DNA of 63,987 bases, counting the filler, from Intoshia linei (taxonomy: Eukaryota > Animalia > Orthonectida), in assembly GCA_001642005.1 (NCBI GenBank). It is 8 parts of 8 records of this genome, joined end to end, with 100 filler letters (N's around TTAATTAATTAA, not from the genome) between each part and the next. Parts side by side here need not be neighbours in the genome. Positions count along the whole stretch, not along the records: positions 49,078 to 59,431 come from LWCA01001284.1; positions 59,532 to 61,432 come from LWCA01002466.1; positions 61,533 to 62,741 come from LWCA01002843.1; positions 62,842 to 63,987 come from LWCA01002770.1; 4 more parts are not named here. The stretch is one strand, 5' to 3'. The position numbers were made by a program, and so were the translations under genes. Shown piece by piece: positions 51,710-63,987 of this stretch (position 1 is the stretch's first letter; every line of letters begins with the position of its first letter). Under the pieces are notes generated by a model. That model was not told the origin of the DNA and made no database searches. It saw only the letters and a program-made list of their open reading frames with translations.

Positions 51710-52228
51710 CAGTGGTTCTCAACGTGGGCGTTAGCGCTCCATGGGGCGTTGCAACCGATATTATTAAAAGTTTAAAATATATAATTTTTGATATTGTTGA
51801 TAAAAAATTTTCCCTTATGTATTTTGTATTATGGGGATGTGAGCCTTCAAAATGTCTTTATCCACTGATGTATTCTGAAATGTCAAAGATATTATTGTGT
51901 TTTCCAATATCTTACATGATTGAAAGTGTATTTAGTTCTGTAAACAACAAATAGAAAAGATAGAAGCAAAATTAATATATGTCAAAGAGGAGATATTGTT
52001 ATCAAATTAACCTGCATAAAACCAAGAATTTAGGAGGTGGGACTCAATCACCGGGCGCAAGGATAACATGGAAATAAATAAAAATTAGTTACCCTTCTCT
52101 TCTATTATTATTGATTTTATAAAAATTATAGTTCACCTTATCATAAGGAGCGCTGCTTTAGAAATTTATGAATTATGGTGGAATGGAAGGGGCGTTGAAT
52201 TAAAAAATTATTTATTAATTAACCCCTG
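51710..52228 (+). mobile_element. Internally deleted hAT/Buster element with transposase C-terminus
   Basis: CAGTGGTTCTCAAC..AACCCCTG with TSD GATTAGCA/CATTAGCA. The remnant YPLMYSEMSKILLCFPISYMIESVFSSV..RSKINICQRGD..HRAQG*H is typical of Buster/ZBED-type C-termini. Confidence 0.8.
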
Positions 52229-52839
52229 CATTAGCATGATATGTTTAATGAATACTACACTTTCCCCAATCAATGTATAACTAAATATACAGGAAATTTC
52301 GTGTTAATCGAATTTGTGTCAATGATTAACTTAATCTGGATTGTATTTTATACTGTAAAATTTACACTGTACAGTGTACATTGAACAAGTAAACGTGGAT
52401 TGTTTCCCAAATGGTAGGTAAAAATGGAATTGTGGGAATTTTAGCATCAAAGGGTTAGGCAAAATTCATTTTTTCGTAGACTTGGTAAACGCGGGTTTTA
52501 CACTAAAAGTTAATCAAAATCAATTTTTTCATAAATGATGGGTAACGTGGATTTTTTATAAAAATTTGAAAATTGGTAAATTTCTTTTCGTAAAATATAT
52601 TACATTTTTAATTTTATTTATACAAATTTTAATTTACACGTATGAAACATTTAAATATGTGAATCTGGAAACGCGCCATTCGGTAGATCAAGCTACTTTT
52701 ATACAATGTACATTATACATGTAAATACATTAAAATAATATATAATAATAAATTATACATCCTGTATGTTTATTGCAGTATTCATCTAAAATTTATAACA
52801 TAAAAAATATGAATATAAAAAATCAATTATAATATACAA

Positions 52840-53117
52840 CACAGGTTCCCAAACTCATTTGGTCTACCGCCTACTTTTTAGCAATATATTTTTTCAATGC
52901 CCTTTGAAAAATTTTTCGACAAGGTGGAATACAATAATGTATTTATTACTGTCACTGTTTATCTCAGTGGATCCCAAACTTGTTATAAAAATCTCTCTTT
53001 AATACCAAAAAATTCATTAACGCCCTACTCTATTATATATTATATATTATTTTTTTAAAATCGCCCCTAACTGAATGAATCCCCTGAGTGCGATATCACC
53101 CAATTTGGGAACCCCTG
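52840..53117. mobile_element. hAT/Buster MITE
   Basis: CACAGGTTCCCAAACT / AATTTGGGAACCCCTG, with a perfect 8-bp TSD ATATACAA. Confidence 0.85.
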
Positions 53118-53409
53118 ATATACAATATCCAAAATATTTAATAATAAAATAAATAATTATTATCGTAATGCAATGTTAGGCTCGGAAACTTTTCTTAAAT
53201 ATCAATATTTGGGAATTAAAAAAATTTCTGATATCTCAGGCCCTTGACAATCTGTATATCCCAGGTGGGCTTAGATCTCATCCGGGAAAATCTGTATTAT
53301 AATACTACTATACTATAACATAATTATACCATTAAATACAATATACATTGTATATTATACAATGTATATCAGGGGTCAACAACCTTTTAAGTCTCTTGGG
53401 CTACTTTTT

Positions 53410-54148
53410 TTAAATTTCAAATTCTCATTTTCAAAACATTTTGAATAAAATTTAAATAAAAACTACAACAACGAAACTAAAAGTCATACAACTTTGTTAA
53501 TATCATTTTTATATTTATTACAATCCTTTGCAATATTGGTAAAATTCGACTGAAATATGTTTATAAAATAAAGAATTAGTTAATTATTGATACATAATTG
53601 ATATTTTTAAGTATTTAAATTCGTACTGAATATATATTATCACATTAAAAATGACAAAATAGGTTTTTATAATTTTATCTTTTCTAGAATTTATGCTATT
53701 TATGATAATTTTTAGGATTGGACTGTTTTTACTTTATTTTAATATTATACACACATTTTGTCTAATAAAATTGGACTGTTTTTACTTTATTTTTAATATT
53801 ATACACACATTCTGTCTAATAAAATTAAAAAGTTTTAACTTTATTTTTAATATTATACACACATTCTGTCTAATAAATTAAAAAAATGGGATAATATTGT
53901 TTTTAAAATTCTTTACGCAAATGTTAAAAAAATAAGATGGAATACTCACTTTAAAGTAAAAAGTAATGTGATATGACAGTTCCACCTGAAACAAGTTTGG
54001 GAAGCATTCTTTTAAAGGATTGATAATAGTGAATAATATGATTTTTAAGTTAGATTTTCAACGTGAATTTATTTTTTTGGTATAAAAAATTGTTAAAAAA
54101 TTGGCAGAGCTAGGTGCTGTTGTAAGTGGTACATAACAGTCAACCTAG
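53410..54148 (+). mobile_element. Helitron family A, 3' half, truncating a hAT MITE left end at 53370
   Basis: Ends GGCAGAGCTAGGTGCTG..ACATAACAGTCAACCTAG|T. A segment of about 57 bp is triplicated at 53720-53880. Confidence 0.8.
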
Positions 54149-54619
54149 TTAAGTATAATATACATATTATATATTTTTCTAATATATTAGATTAGATTAG
54201 ATATTATAATATAACGTGTAAGAAAATATGAAAAACTAAAATTAAACTTCGGTGTCGAATATCCAGTTAATTAACATTAATTTGAAAAATTACATTCTTT
54301 TGTTTTGTTGTCATTCATGGCATAATATCTTTCCTTGATCTGTAATTTAATGAGAATATTATCCTAAATTTAATCATATTGATAATTATAAATTAAATGT
54401 ATGGTCCGGGTATGGCTAATAACGGGTTAGATAAAAAATACGTGGTAGGAATTAAATTTAGAAATTAACTATACCATTTCACTATCGATATGATAATACA
54501 ACCGATGTGAAAGTAGCTAAATTCAATTTGGAATAACGATTGTCAATGTGATAACAATTACAAGCGATGTGATAGTAATTACTTTCAATGTGATATGTTA
54601 ATAGTTAAATGCAATGTGA

Positions 54620-55560
54620 TTATGGAGGTTTGTTCGAAAAATCTTACGTAAATATAAACAGAAACTTCGTTACATCTAATTAAAATTATAACAAGTATTA
54701 TGGACCAAAATTTCTATTTCCTACATCAATATTAAGTCATTTCTGAAAATCACTTTTTTCTAAGTGCATTTCTTAATAAACGTTCCAAATTCTTTTTCGA
54801 ATAATATATTAACAAAAAAATTTTTGAAAATAAGCCAGACGATGTATAGAATTGTGATGAAACTGGATTATATTATAAACGGGGATCTAACAAAACTTTA
54901 GCCACTTCTGAAATCGTAATAATTGTAGTAAAATAAAAAAAAAGAGGATAACAGTCTTATTTGGTGTGTCTATGACCAGAGAAAAGGCCCATTCACTTTT
55001 TATTGGATTATGGAAAAATTTTCTTCGGATTCTCTGAAGAATTAAATATTGATTATGCAACCTGTTTTAAAAAAATTTAATAAATTGATGGAATATTAAG
55101 GATGGAATTCTGTTAAGGGTGACATTATTATAAATTGCTATAGAAAATAATAACATACCAGTGTTACATTAGTAACATGTTCAGGATTAAAACGATTTTT
55201 AAAAAAAATTATGTGATTCACATACATTTTTTTTTACAAGTAATTCACGGTGGAAAAAGTTTGGAAACCACTGTTCCATATGATGATTTGGACCAAGAGA
55301 ATTTCATAATAAACAACATTATTAACAAGGAAGGTATAGTAATTGGTTCCAATACTGACGAAAATTCTGCTTCTGAAGAATCGGACAATATATCCTCAAT
55401 TAAATATACATATTGAATATATAATACATATATTGCATAATATGCATTGAATATTCATAATCTCGAAAAATTTTTGACCAAAATTATTCCTGAAAAAATT
55501 GGTCAAATATTTGCTATAAAATAAATTATATATACGAATTTAAAAAAAAGAAGAATTCTC
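54620..55560 (+). mobile_element. pogo/Tigger transposase relic
   Basis: KPDDV*NCDETGLYYKRGSNKTLA..KRITVLFGVSMTREK..FIG matches the DDE_1 (N.DETGL..KT..RITVL) motifs, with stops. Confidence 0.7.
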
Positions 55561-56482
55561 AAACATTAATTATATGATTAGTAAGTAATAAAATTTATAA
55601 TGTCACATTTTTTCTTATTTGATTCTATTTTTTTAATAGTGAATATGTGAATTTGGAATTTTGGAAATTTTAGTGTTCCTTAGACTTAGTTAGACTCTAC
55701 TTCATAACCATTAAATGTTACTAAACTACATTGCCTTTAAATTTATATATAAAAAAATATTAAAAATGTTATTTTTCTATTTTATATTCGAAATTGAACG
55801 TATTTGTGAATATTTTTTTAAAATTTAATTAATATAATATGTTAATTAACATTAAATTAACGTATATGGACTTAATTATAAAAAACATTAATAATAATAT
55901 AATAATAAATTCTCACTTTGAATTTAGTAGAAATTTTTCTTTTCATTTGAATGTAATTATTTTTACATTGATAATAGCTTTTTTACATTGACTGTAACTA
56001 TTCTTACTTTGAATGTAAATATGATAATTTTCAAAATGAATATATATTTTTATTTCGAAACTATATTATGGTTAAATGAACCTATGAATAACATACTGAT
56101 ATTTTTAACAATTTAAACTCAGAAAATTCGAATATTTTTATTAAATATAGACCTTAAACGTAAAAAATATATTATAGGTGCGATTCAACCATATTTTGTT
56201 TCCCCGTTAATTACAATTTAATGGTTGGTCAAAATATACCAGAAATCCTTAATAATTTGAGTATCACTGTGAATATAGCAATAATCACATTGATAATTGC
56301 TATTATCACATTGCTTGTGGTTATTTTATTGTCTTGCAAAATGTTTTCACATTGAATTTAGTTATTATCACATTGGTTGTAATTATTATCATATTGATAG
56401 TAATGTTATTGACGTTATGATATTTAAATTTTTTCCATAAACATAAATTATAATACCAGTTCACTTTGTTTAATTATTTTCA

Positions 56483-58326
56483 CTAACAATAATCATAAAA
56501 ATTAATTACAATTGGAACTATTGAACGTAGATTTATCACACTATTGCATCTAGATTCTATACTTATAGCTTGTCCATAAAAGATTTTGGGTTGCCCTTTT
56601 TTATATTTAATAGCGAATGCTTCGTTTTTATTGTAAAAGAAGATATTTTCTATCAATATAATGCCAAAAAATTCTTTTAATTGTAAAATAAATCCAGGAT
56701 TAGATAATCCTGAAACATGCGCTGTTATTTTATATGCGATTTGATTGCAATTTAATTTTGGTTTATCCAATTCAAAATTGTAATCCTAAAATTTTAATAA
56801 ATGTAGAATTAAATGTAAATCACTTGAATATCAATTTTATAAATCAATATCAATATACACAATATTGTATATAAATACACAAATGACACTCGCCGTTTGT
56901 CTAGTACAGTTGTGGACAAAAAAATTGAAAGTTTGAAAATTTGTTTACTGAAGATTTTAATTGATAATACAGATGCCACATCACCAAGCTGGTAAAAAGT
57001 TTCCTTATATTCCACATTTACTTTCAATATTAAATCAACACTTCATTTTTAAATTAGAAAAACATTGTGGGAATTGACGAAAAAAGTTAACGTAGATTTA
57101 GAAAAGTTTAATTAAATATTTCATTATTTCTGTTTTCTCCATTTGTCATATAAACATCTCTAGAACGTTTAAACATACTTAACGAAAGGTTTTGGGTAGT
57201 TTCTTGAGGTATTAACATCTATTCTTCCATGAACATTTCTTTAAACTTCAATATATTTTTAAGGCCTTTTTCCCTAATTGTACTCTTCAATATTGCCCAT
57301 AACGTTTCATTGGGTTAAAATCAGGACTTTGAGCTCCCATTGCAATACTTCTATATTATTATTTATGAAATATAGCTTTAAAAGTCTGATTGTAGCAAGT
57401 CACAGGAAGCACCGTCCTGTTGGAACACATAACCGGATAAGTTCATCATTTAAAAATAGTTTGGAGATATTCAAATTTAAATGAACTTTGACTTTTTTGT
57501 CCAGGGTCAATTATAGTCTTGCTCAATTACATAAAATAGTATTGACTAAATGTTTATAATAAATATGAAATATACCTAAACTTCTGACCAGCTTTATTAA
57601 CTGTTTTCTGTTAAATCAAACTTCCTTATGTTATTTCAAACTTTCACTTTAAAAATTTTTTTATCCACAACTGTATAATAATTTTTGAAAATTAAAAATA
57701 GAATCTACTTTTGCAACAAATGATTGTTGTCCTATATGAGCTTCTTTAGTGTAAATTTTTGCTTTAGCTTTTATACATATTTTCATGCAACCTGGTGTCG
57801 GTTCATTACCTTAAAGTTATAAACATTAAAATATATCTATGATTCCTGAAAAAGATGAATCGTTTGACAACAAACGTTCTGATAATTATCAATATAATTT
57901 ATTAAAAAATATGAAATATTTTGCATCATAAATTATTATTATTCTTATCCTTTTATGAAATTTTGTTTTTGTTATAGTGTTACCCAGTGCCACATTCAAA
58001 AATAATGGACAGATAGATAATATTAATAGGATTCTGACATCATAGGTCAATTTAATTTTAATTGATGATATTATAGATTTATGTGACATTAGTATAATTT
58101 TTTTTGAAACTGAAAATTTATAGAGATTCTGTCATTCTTTTGATAAATTAAAAAAATATTTAAAGTTGAGATATGATTTGTTGCATATGACAATAATTAC
58201 AATGTGGTTCCACTTCTGCATCGAAATCATCTAAATAACAGTTTTATAAAATTGTTTAGGTAAATTACATTGAGAAAGGATAGAAATGATGTTTAGAGAA
58301 AAAATAATAACAGTAATATATTTCAT
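56483..58326 (-). CDS. Putative orphan secreted protein, multi-exon, structure tentative
   Basis: Signal-like MKYITVIIFSLNIISILSQ, then GT-AG-bounded open exons, for example GNEPTPGCMKICIKAK..FVAK (57809-57708) and DYNFELDKPKLNC..FYDYC* (56786-56483). Confidence 0.4.
56907..57673 (-). mobile_element. Internally deleted Tc1-like element
   Basis: TA|CAGTTGTGGACAAAAAAATTGAAAGTTTGAAA ... TTTCAAACTTTCA..TTTTTTTATCCACAACTG|TA. Minus-strand remnants YVFQQDGA and EVLQW/AQSPDFNP. Confidence 0.8.
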
Positions 58327-59064
58327 AGTAAATTGTGTAGTTTATTATAGTCAATATTGATATATTGTAATAATTATATATTTGTCGCAATTTTATTATT
58401 TACAAACAACGTATTTGACCATAATGAATATTAATTTATATTTATCAACGAAAAAGAAATTAAAGTCATAAATTAATGTAGTAGAGAATAGTAAACGATA
58501 ATTAGATTATAATACAAGCATGATTCTTATCTACTTTTTATAAACAGTACCTAAAATGCCTAGAGTGGAGTTTATTAATTTTACTATAAAAATTAAATCT
58601 TACACTTAAAATTGTTACTGTTACCAACCCGTTAAACCAGACGGTCTCAAACTTGTTATAACATATAACGATCGTTTCACATTAAATGAAATTTAATGTT
58701 GATTATAATTATAACTATAGTATTTATTTTTTAACTAGGGCAAATTTTGATATGTTTATACGCATCAATGACAATGATAATAATTTTACGTGTTTTAATT
58801 GGCTAATTAAAATTTGATTAAGTTAATAGCGTTAATAAAGTTAAAATAATATTTTCAAAAGTTAAATTATATTTTCAAACATTAATTTTGTTTTATACAA
58901 TTTCGCTGTGTTTTGTACTTTTATTTTATGCATAATTGTAGTAAATAAACTTGTTATGTATGTTTATATCACTCACTAAAAGCAGTTTTTATTTATTCTT
59001 AACTTATTTCTATTCACAATATACGTAATTTACCAATACTTTTATGATTAATGTTTTTTTAAGC

Positions 59065-59431
59065 ATGCCAAAATATGCGAAATCTAAATATAAAAAAATT
59101 TACAAAATTACAAAACTTTATCCTAGTGAATTTACTAAGAATGACGACAATTTATTTTGTATGAAATGTTGCAATGTTACTTATACAAAATTAAATTTTG
59201 TTTAATTACACCGCAAATTAGCAAAACACAAAAGTTTTATGCATATTGTCAGTATTGGAAGTTCAATTAAAACATCGAATGACTTTTCAACAGAAATGGC
59301 GGAAGCAATTCTATCTGCGGACATTCTTCTAAAAAGTTAAATAACGTCAAGTTAAGAACAATATTTAAACAAAAGGAAATAATTTTGCCATCTGAAAGCA
59401 ATTGCAGAAATAAAATTGATGATTTGTATTT
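59065..59431 (+). mobile_element. CGGBP1-like (hAT-derived) transposase N-terminal relic
   Basis: MPK..YPSEF..LFCMKC..H....KH..FSTEMAEAILSADI..LNNVKLR..LPSES, with stops and frameshifts, running into a gap. Confidence 0.6.
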
Positions 59432-60104
59432 NNNNNNNNNNNNNNNNNNNNNNNNNNNNNNNNNNNNNNNNNNNNTTAATTAATTAANNNNNNNNNNNNN
59501 NNNNNNNNNNNNNNNNNNNNNNNNNNNNNNNATGCCTAACGGCTTCCCTACGTTCATTCTTAACGAGGGTTCGATGTGAGCTTATAATAATTTTAAAAAT
59601 ATTTATTTTAATTGATCTATTATTTATTTTATAATATTAATTGTTTATTTTACATACACAAATAGTTTTTATAAATTGTCTATTGTATAATTTTAAGTTG
59701 GTTATTTAAAATGTTATATGAATCTATATAACCGTATTATTAAATTGTTTTATATATTACTTATGTGTACTTACTATAGTGTCAGTGTTATTTTAAATTG
59801 TAATTTTTATACCAACTTTTATTATATAAAACTGATTTTGTTTAAAATGCATTATGATATACACGTTATGTCAATTTATTATGCAAATTTAAAAAATTAA
59901 AAAAATTTTTTTTAAGTAGTCGACTAAATTTTTTAATTTTTTTTCGGAAGTGTGCACAATAGTTTACCACAATATTTAAAAAGCAAACAAAAGATCTAAT
60001 ACAATTATAATTGAAATAATTGAAAATATATAAATATTAGTTAATACAAGTGTGTCAAAATATTAAGCAAATGTAATGAACATAGTTGAATGAAGTGGAA
60101 TTTA

Positions 60105-60385
60105 TTATTTAAAATTAGTATTAATATTTAATATAGTTGTTATGAACTTATAACACATTAATAAGCTTAGTTTAGTCCAAGACATAATCAAAAAATTTTG
60201 GTTTGGCAGACGTTTTTCTTTGGTTAAAATTCTCTCGGGGAGAGAACGCAAATACAATTTTAATAATGCCGCCACATTGATATAATCATTTGAATCACAA
60301 ACGACATCATCAAGTTTATCAAAGTATTTTTTATAAAGATCTTCGAATTTCAAAGAACTAGTCTCGCTTGAATCACTCAAACTTT
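60105..60385 (-). pseudogene. Isolated RhoGAP-domain fragment (exon or relic)
   Basis: DYINVAALLKLYLRSLPERILT is the RhoGAP VA.LLK.Y.R.LPE signature. Similarity is lost right after it and no other RhoGAP exons were recognised. Confidence 0.6.
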
Positions 60386-60619
60386 GAGTGTAATTTGAGT
60401 ATTAATTTAAATAAATTGATACTTCATTTTAAATTAATTTGTTATATTTGTACTTGATTATTTATTGATCGATTACTATTTCTAATATTATTACAAAATT
60501 AATTCAAGAAAATTTACAGAAGGTATATTCAAAAAGTTAAAATTGAAAAAAACCACAACGTATAGAATATATAAATAATAAAAATAATAAATAATAAATT
60601 GAACTCTTAGAATTGTATA

Positions 60620-61432
60620 CAGTATTTAAACTTTGAATATGTCGATTAAATCGAAACGAAATAAAATAGTTCATAAAAAACGAATTCAAAAAAACTTTAA
60701 AAAGGCAAGTTATAGAGTTCAAAGTTCTGGAAAAATAGTGCATTTATCATCAATGGGTCACAGTATAAGATATTCCTGTGAAAATATACCATTTTTCCAG
60801 TTCTCAATTATAGCGGTCTTAGCTTTAAACATTTAGGTCAAAAACTTATTCTATCCAAACACAGAATAATGGGCATCAATTTAGCCTATAACTTTTTTTC
60901 AGACAGGATCGATGCATCACAAATTTTATTTTCTGATGGATACATATTTTCTTTCGTTGGCAGTAATAATCTTGTATGGAAGCTAATAAAAATCAGAAAC
61001 AGAGCATTTTCCGGTGGTTTCATCATGATTTGGAATGCTTGACATGCTTTGGATCTATTTTTATTAGAAAGTAAAGCTATACGGTAAATAGTAATTCATA
61101 TATTAAATATTATTTAATGATGTATTTGTTGATTTGAAAAATATTGCTAAGATTAGCGAGGATTTATTTTTCAACAGGACAAAGCCGGATTACATGTAAG
61201 CAATAAATCTTTTTTGATGTTTGCGTCTAAATAAATATAGTTGTTTAATTAAAGTTGTCCCCCCTATTTGTACATTTATCTCTTATTGAGAATTTGTGGT
61301 CTATAATTAATAATTGACTGATACTCAATATAATTCGAAGGAAGTCTTGTGGGAAAAGATATCTCACATTGTTCAGAAAATCCATATAAATGAAGAAAAC
61401 ATGACCAGAAAACTCAATCAATCTTTAAATTT
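60620..61432 (+). mobile_element. Tc1/IS630-like transposase relic
   Basis: Fragments ILFSDG, SGGFIMIW, FIFQQDKA.LH and IENLWSI occur in order, with many disruptions. Confidence 0.65.
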
Positions 61433-61532
61433 NNNNNNNNNNNNNNNNNNNNNNNNNNNNNNNNNNNNNNNNNNNNTTAATTAATTAANNNNNNNNNNNN
61501 NNNNNNNNNNNNNNNNNNNNNNNNNNNNNNNN

Positions 61533-62741
61533 AAATAATATTTTATATTTTTTATTTTATATTAACATGTAAGATAACTAATAATTTAATGATATTTAAA
61601 TAATAAATGCTTTGTGTATTATGTTATAATGTGTATTATAGTTAAATTTTATATTAATATTGTGACAAATAATATTTAAATAATATTTTATATTTTTTAC
61701 TTTCTATTAAACAGTAATATTACTTATAATTTAAGTAAATTTATATCGTAAATGATTTATGTGTTAAATAATATGTNNNNNNNNNNNNNNNNNNNNNAAT
61801 TTATATCGTAATTGATTTATGTGTTAAATAATATGTATTATAATTAAATTTTATATACAATTTGTGTCACATATTATTTAAATAATATTTTATATTTCTT
61901 ACCTACTATTAAAATGTAATATTACATATAATTTGATAAAATTTATATCGTAAATAATATATGTTTTATAATATCATGTGTNTTGTGTCACATATTATTT
62001 AAATAATATTTTATATTTTTTATTTTATATTAACATGTAATATAACTCATAATTTAATAATATTTATATAATAAATGATTTGTGTATTATAGTTAAATTT
62101 TATATTAAATTTGTGTCACATATTATTTAAATAATATTTTATATTTCTTACGTCCCATTAAACAGTAATATTACTTATAATTTGATTATATTTAACTTGT
62201 AAATGATGTATGTGTTATATTATAATGTGTATTATAGTTACATTTTATATTAATATATGTGACATACTATTTGAATAATATTTTATATTTTTTATTTTCT
62301 ATTATACAGTAATATAACTTATAATTTGATTAAATTAAATTCGTAAATAAGTTACGTGTTATATTAGTATATGTATTATAGTTGAATTATATATTAATAT
62401 TGTGTCACATAATATTTAAACAACATTTTATATTTTTTACGTTCATTGAAACAGTAATATTATTTATAATTTGAATAATATTTTATATTTCTTACGTCCT
62501 ATTAAACAGTAAAATTACTTATAGTTTGATATTATTTAACTCGTAAATAATGTATGTGTTATATTATAATGTGTATTATAGCTACATTTTATATTAATAT
62601 TGTGTAACATATTATTTAAATAATATTTTATATTTCTTACGTCCTATTAAACAGTATAATTACTTATAATTTGATATTATTTAACTCGTAAATGATGTAT
62701 GTGTTATATTATAATGTGTATTATAGTTACATTTTATATTA
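61533..62741. repeat. AT-rich satellite, unit about 143-146 bp
   Basis: The recurrent GTCACATATTATTTAAATAATATTTTATATTTCTTACGTCCTATTAAACAGT..ATGTGTATTATAGTTA has anchors at 62495 and 62640, 145 bp apart. Both ends run into gaps. Confidence 0.85.
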
Positions 62742-63554
62742 NNNNNNNNNNNNNNNNNNNNNNNNNNNNNNNNNNNNNNNNNNNNTTAATTAATTAANNN
62801 NNNNNNNNNNNNNNNNNNNNNNNNNNNNNNNNNNNNNNNNNTTATTTTTTGTGGAAACTATTACATTTTAAGCAAGGTAACGCTCCAATTTATATTTAAC
62901 TTTGTTTACATTAGTTTTATAGTTGAATGTTGCTATTAGCGTGGACTAGATTTCGTGTAATTATTATTATAGTATACATAATATTTATTACATATTCATT
63001 ATATCATTTTCGTGGCATATCCAATATGTATCGATTTTAAATTAGTCAGTTCAATTGTATATAAAAATGTATGAATAATATATAACTTTAATTTAAACAG
63101 TTTTTCAATTAACCAGATATTGTATAAATTGTATACAAATTTTATAGCGTGATAATTTTGAATTACCAGGAGTAGATTTAAACGAGTTTCACTGTATATA
63201 TTTTTTAATTCCTCGAGGAATATTCGTTATTTTAAAAGGAGATTTGTTGTAAAATGTAATACAATGTGGAATTGCACTATATTTATTACACAACATGCAA
63301 TTTTGCATTAATGTATGCTATCTAGGTACTTTAATCTGTAAACTTATTAGATTAACAGTAAGCCTTAACAGTTAGAGCTAAATTACAGAAGAAATTAGAA
63401 GTCAATACATTTGAGATTGTTTACTCAAATAATTAGCTATCGCACAGGTTTTGTTATATTTAAATTCTTCGATATGATCTATCGCACAGGCTTTTGCGAT
63501 TTCATAATTTACTGATATCTATTTTTACACATTTTTATTATACGTATGTACTTA

Positions 63555-63765
63555 AAAAATAATTAATTTATTAGACAGAATGTGTGGATAATATTAAAAA
63601 TAAAGTAAAAACAGTCCAATCCTAAAAATTGTCATAAAGGTGTAAGTTTGGGAGGTTGAAATTTATATTATTATATGTCCCGGAAAAAACTGTAATTGAA
63701 ATGCGGACTTTTTAAAATTCTAAGACTGGTAGTTATTTCAATAAAGTGGAACACACACACACACG
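63555..63765 (-). mobile_element. Helitron family A deletion derivative
   Basis: The block matching about 10620-10695 is joined directly to the 5' block (TAAGACTGGTAGTTATTTCAATAAAGTGGAACACACAC). Confidence 0.7.
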
Positions 63766-63987
63766 TTTTTTAAAAAAATATTATAAAATATATTTTCCTG
63801 TATGGGTTGGTAAATTCGGATTTTCTCATTTATAGTTAGATTTAGTTGAATTTTTTATTTAATAATATTAAATTAATTTCATAAATAATACATTACTTTA
63901 GCTGTGGACCTACTTTGAGAAGCACTAATATATATTGTATATATTAAAGTTTAAAGTGTATTTAGTCTAAAGTATAAATAAATTAGA

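Noticed and set aside
59532-59585. GC-richer stretch with GGTTCGA (B-box-like), a possible tRNA or SINE
   Set aside because: It is truncated by the gap, with no cloverleaf or A-box evident.
29018-62841. TTAATTAATTAA between N runs (29062, 30587, 39521, 49022, 59476, 61477, 62786)
   Set aside because: It is identical at every gap and gives stops in all six frames, so it is an assembly linker. ORFs ending in XXXLIN are artefacts.

Overview
This is very AT-rich eukaryotic (animal) genomic DNA with compact genes broken by tiny GT-AG introns of about 30-45 nt. The longer introns and the intergenic DNA are filled with transposon debris. Scaffold gaps carry an artificial N-TTAATTAATTAA-N linker. 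The style suggests a reduced invertebrate genome such as the orthonectid Intoshia linei, but that is inference only. Host genes supported by spliced translation are RINT1/Tip20 (-), ALDH4A1/P5C dehydrogenase (+), two tandem casein kinase I alpha-like paralogues (-) with a relic of a third copy, the 5' part of a cactin (+), two convergent MAM-domain genes (one with a large His/Asn/Tyr-rich insert), two divergent intronless BTB/POZ paralogues, and a 26/29-kDa-type papain-family protease (+). There is also a RhoGAP fragment and three orphan genes. Mobile DNA is dominated by a non-autonomous Helitron family (5' A^TC...hairpin-CTAG^T 3', about 20 fragments). Also present are hAT/Buster MITEs with 8-bp TSDs, pogo/Tigger MITEs, Tc1 and mariner elements, SPIN-like, CGGBP1-like, Chapaev3-like and Gag-like relics, and a satellite with a unit of about 145 bp. 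I found no prokaryotic-type system (CRISPR, operon) and no rRNA or tRNA gene. Exon boundaries were read by eye and are approximate.
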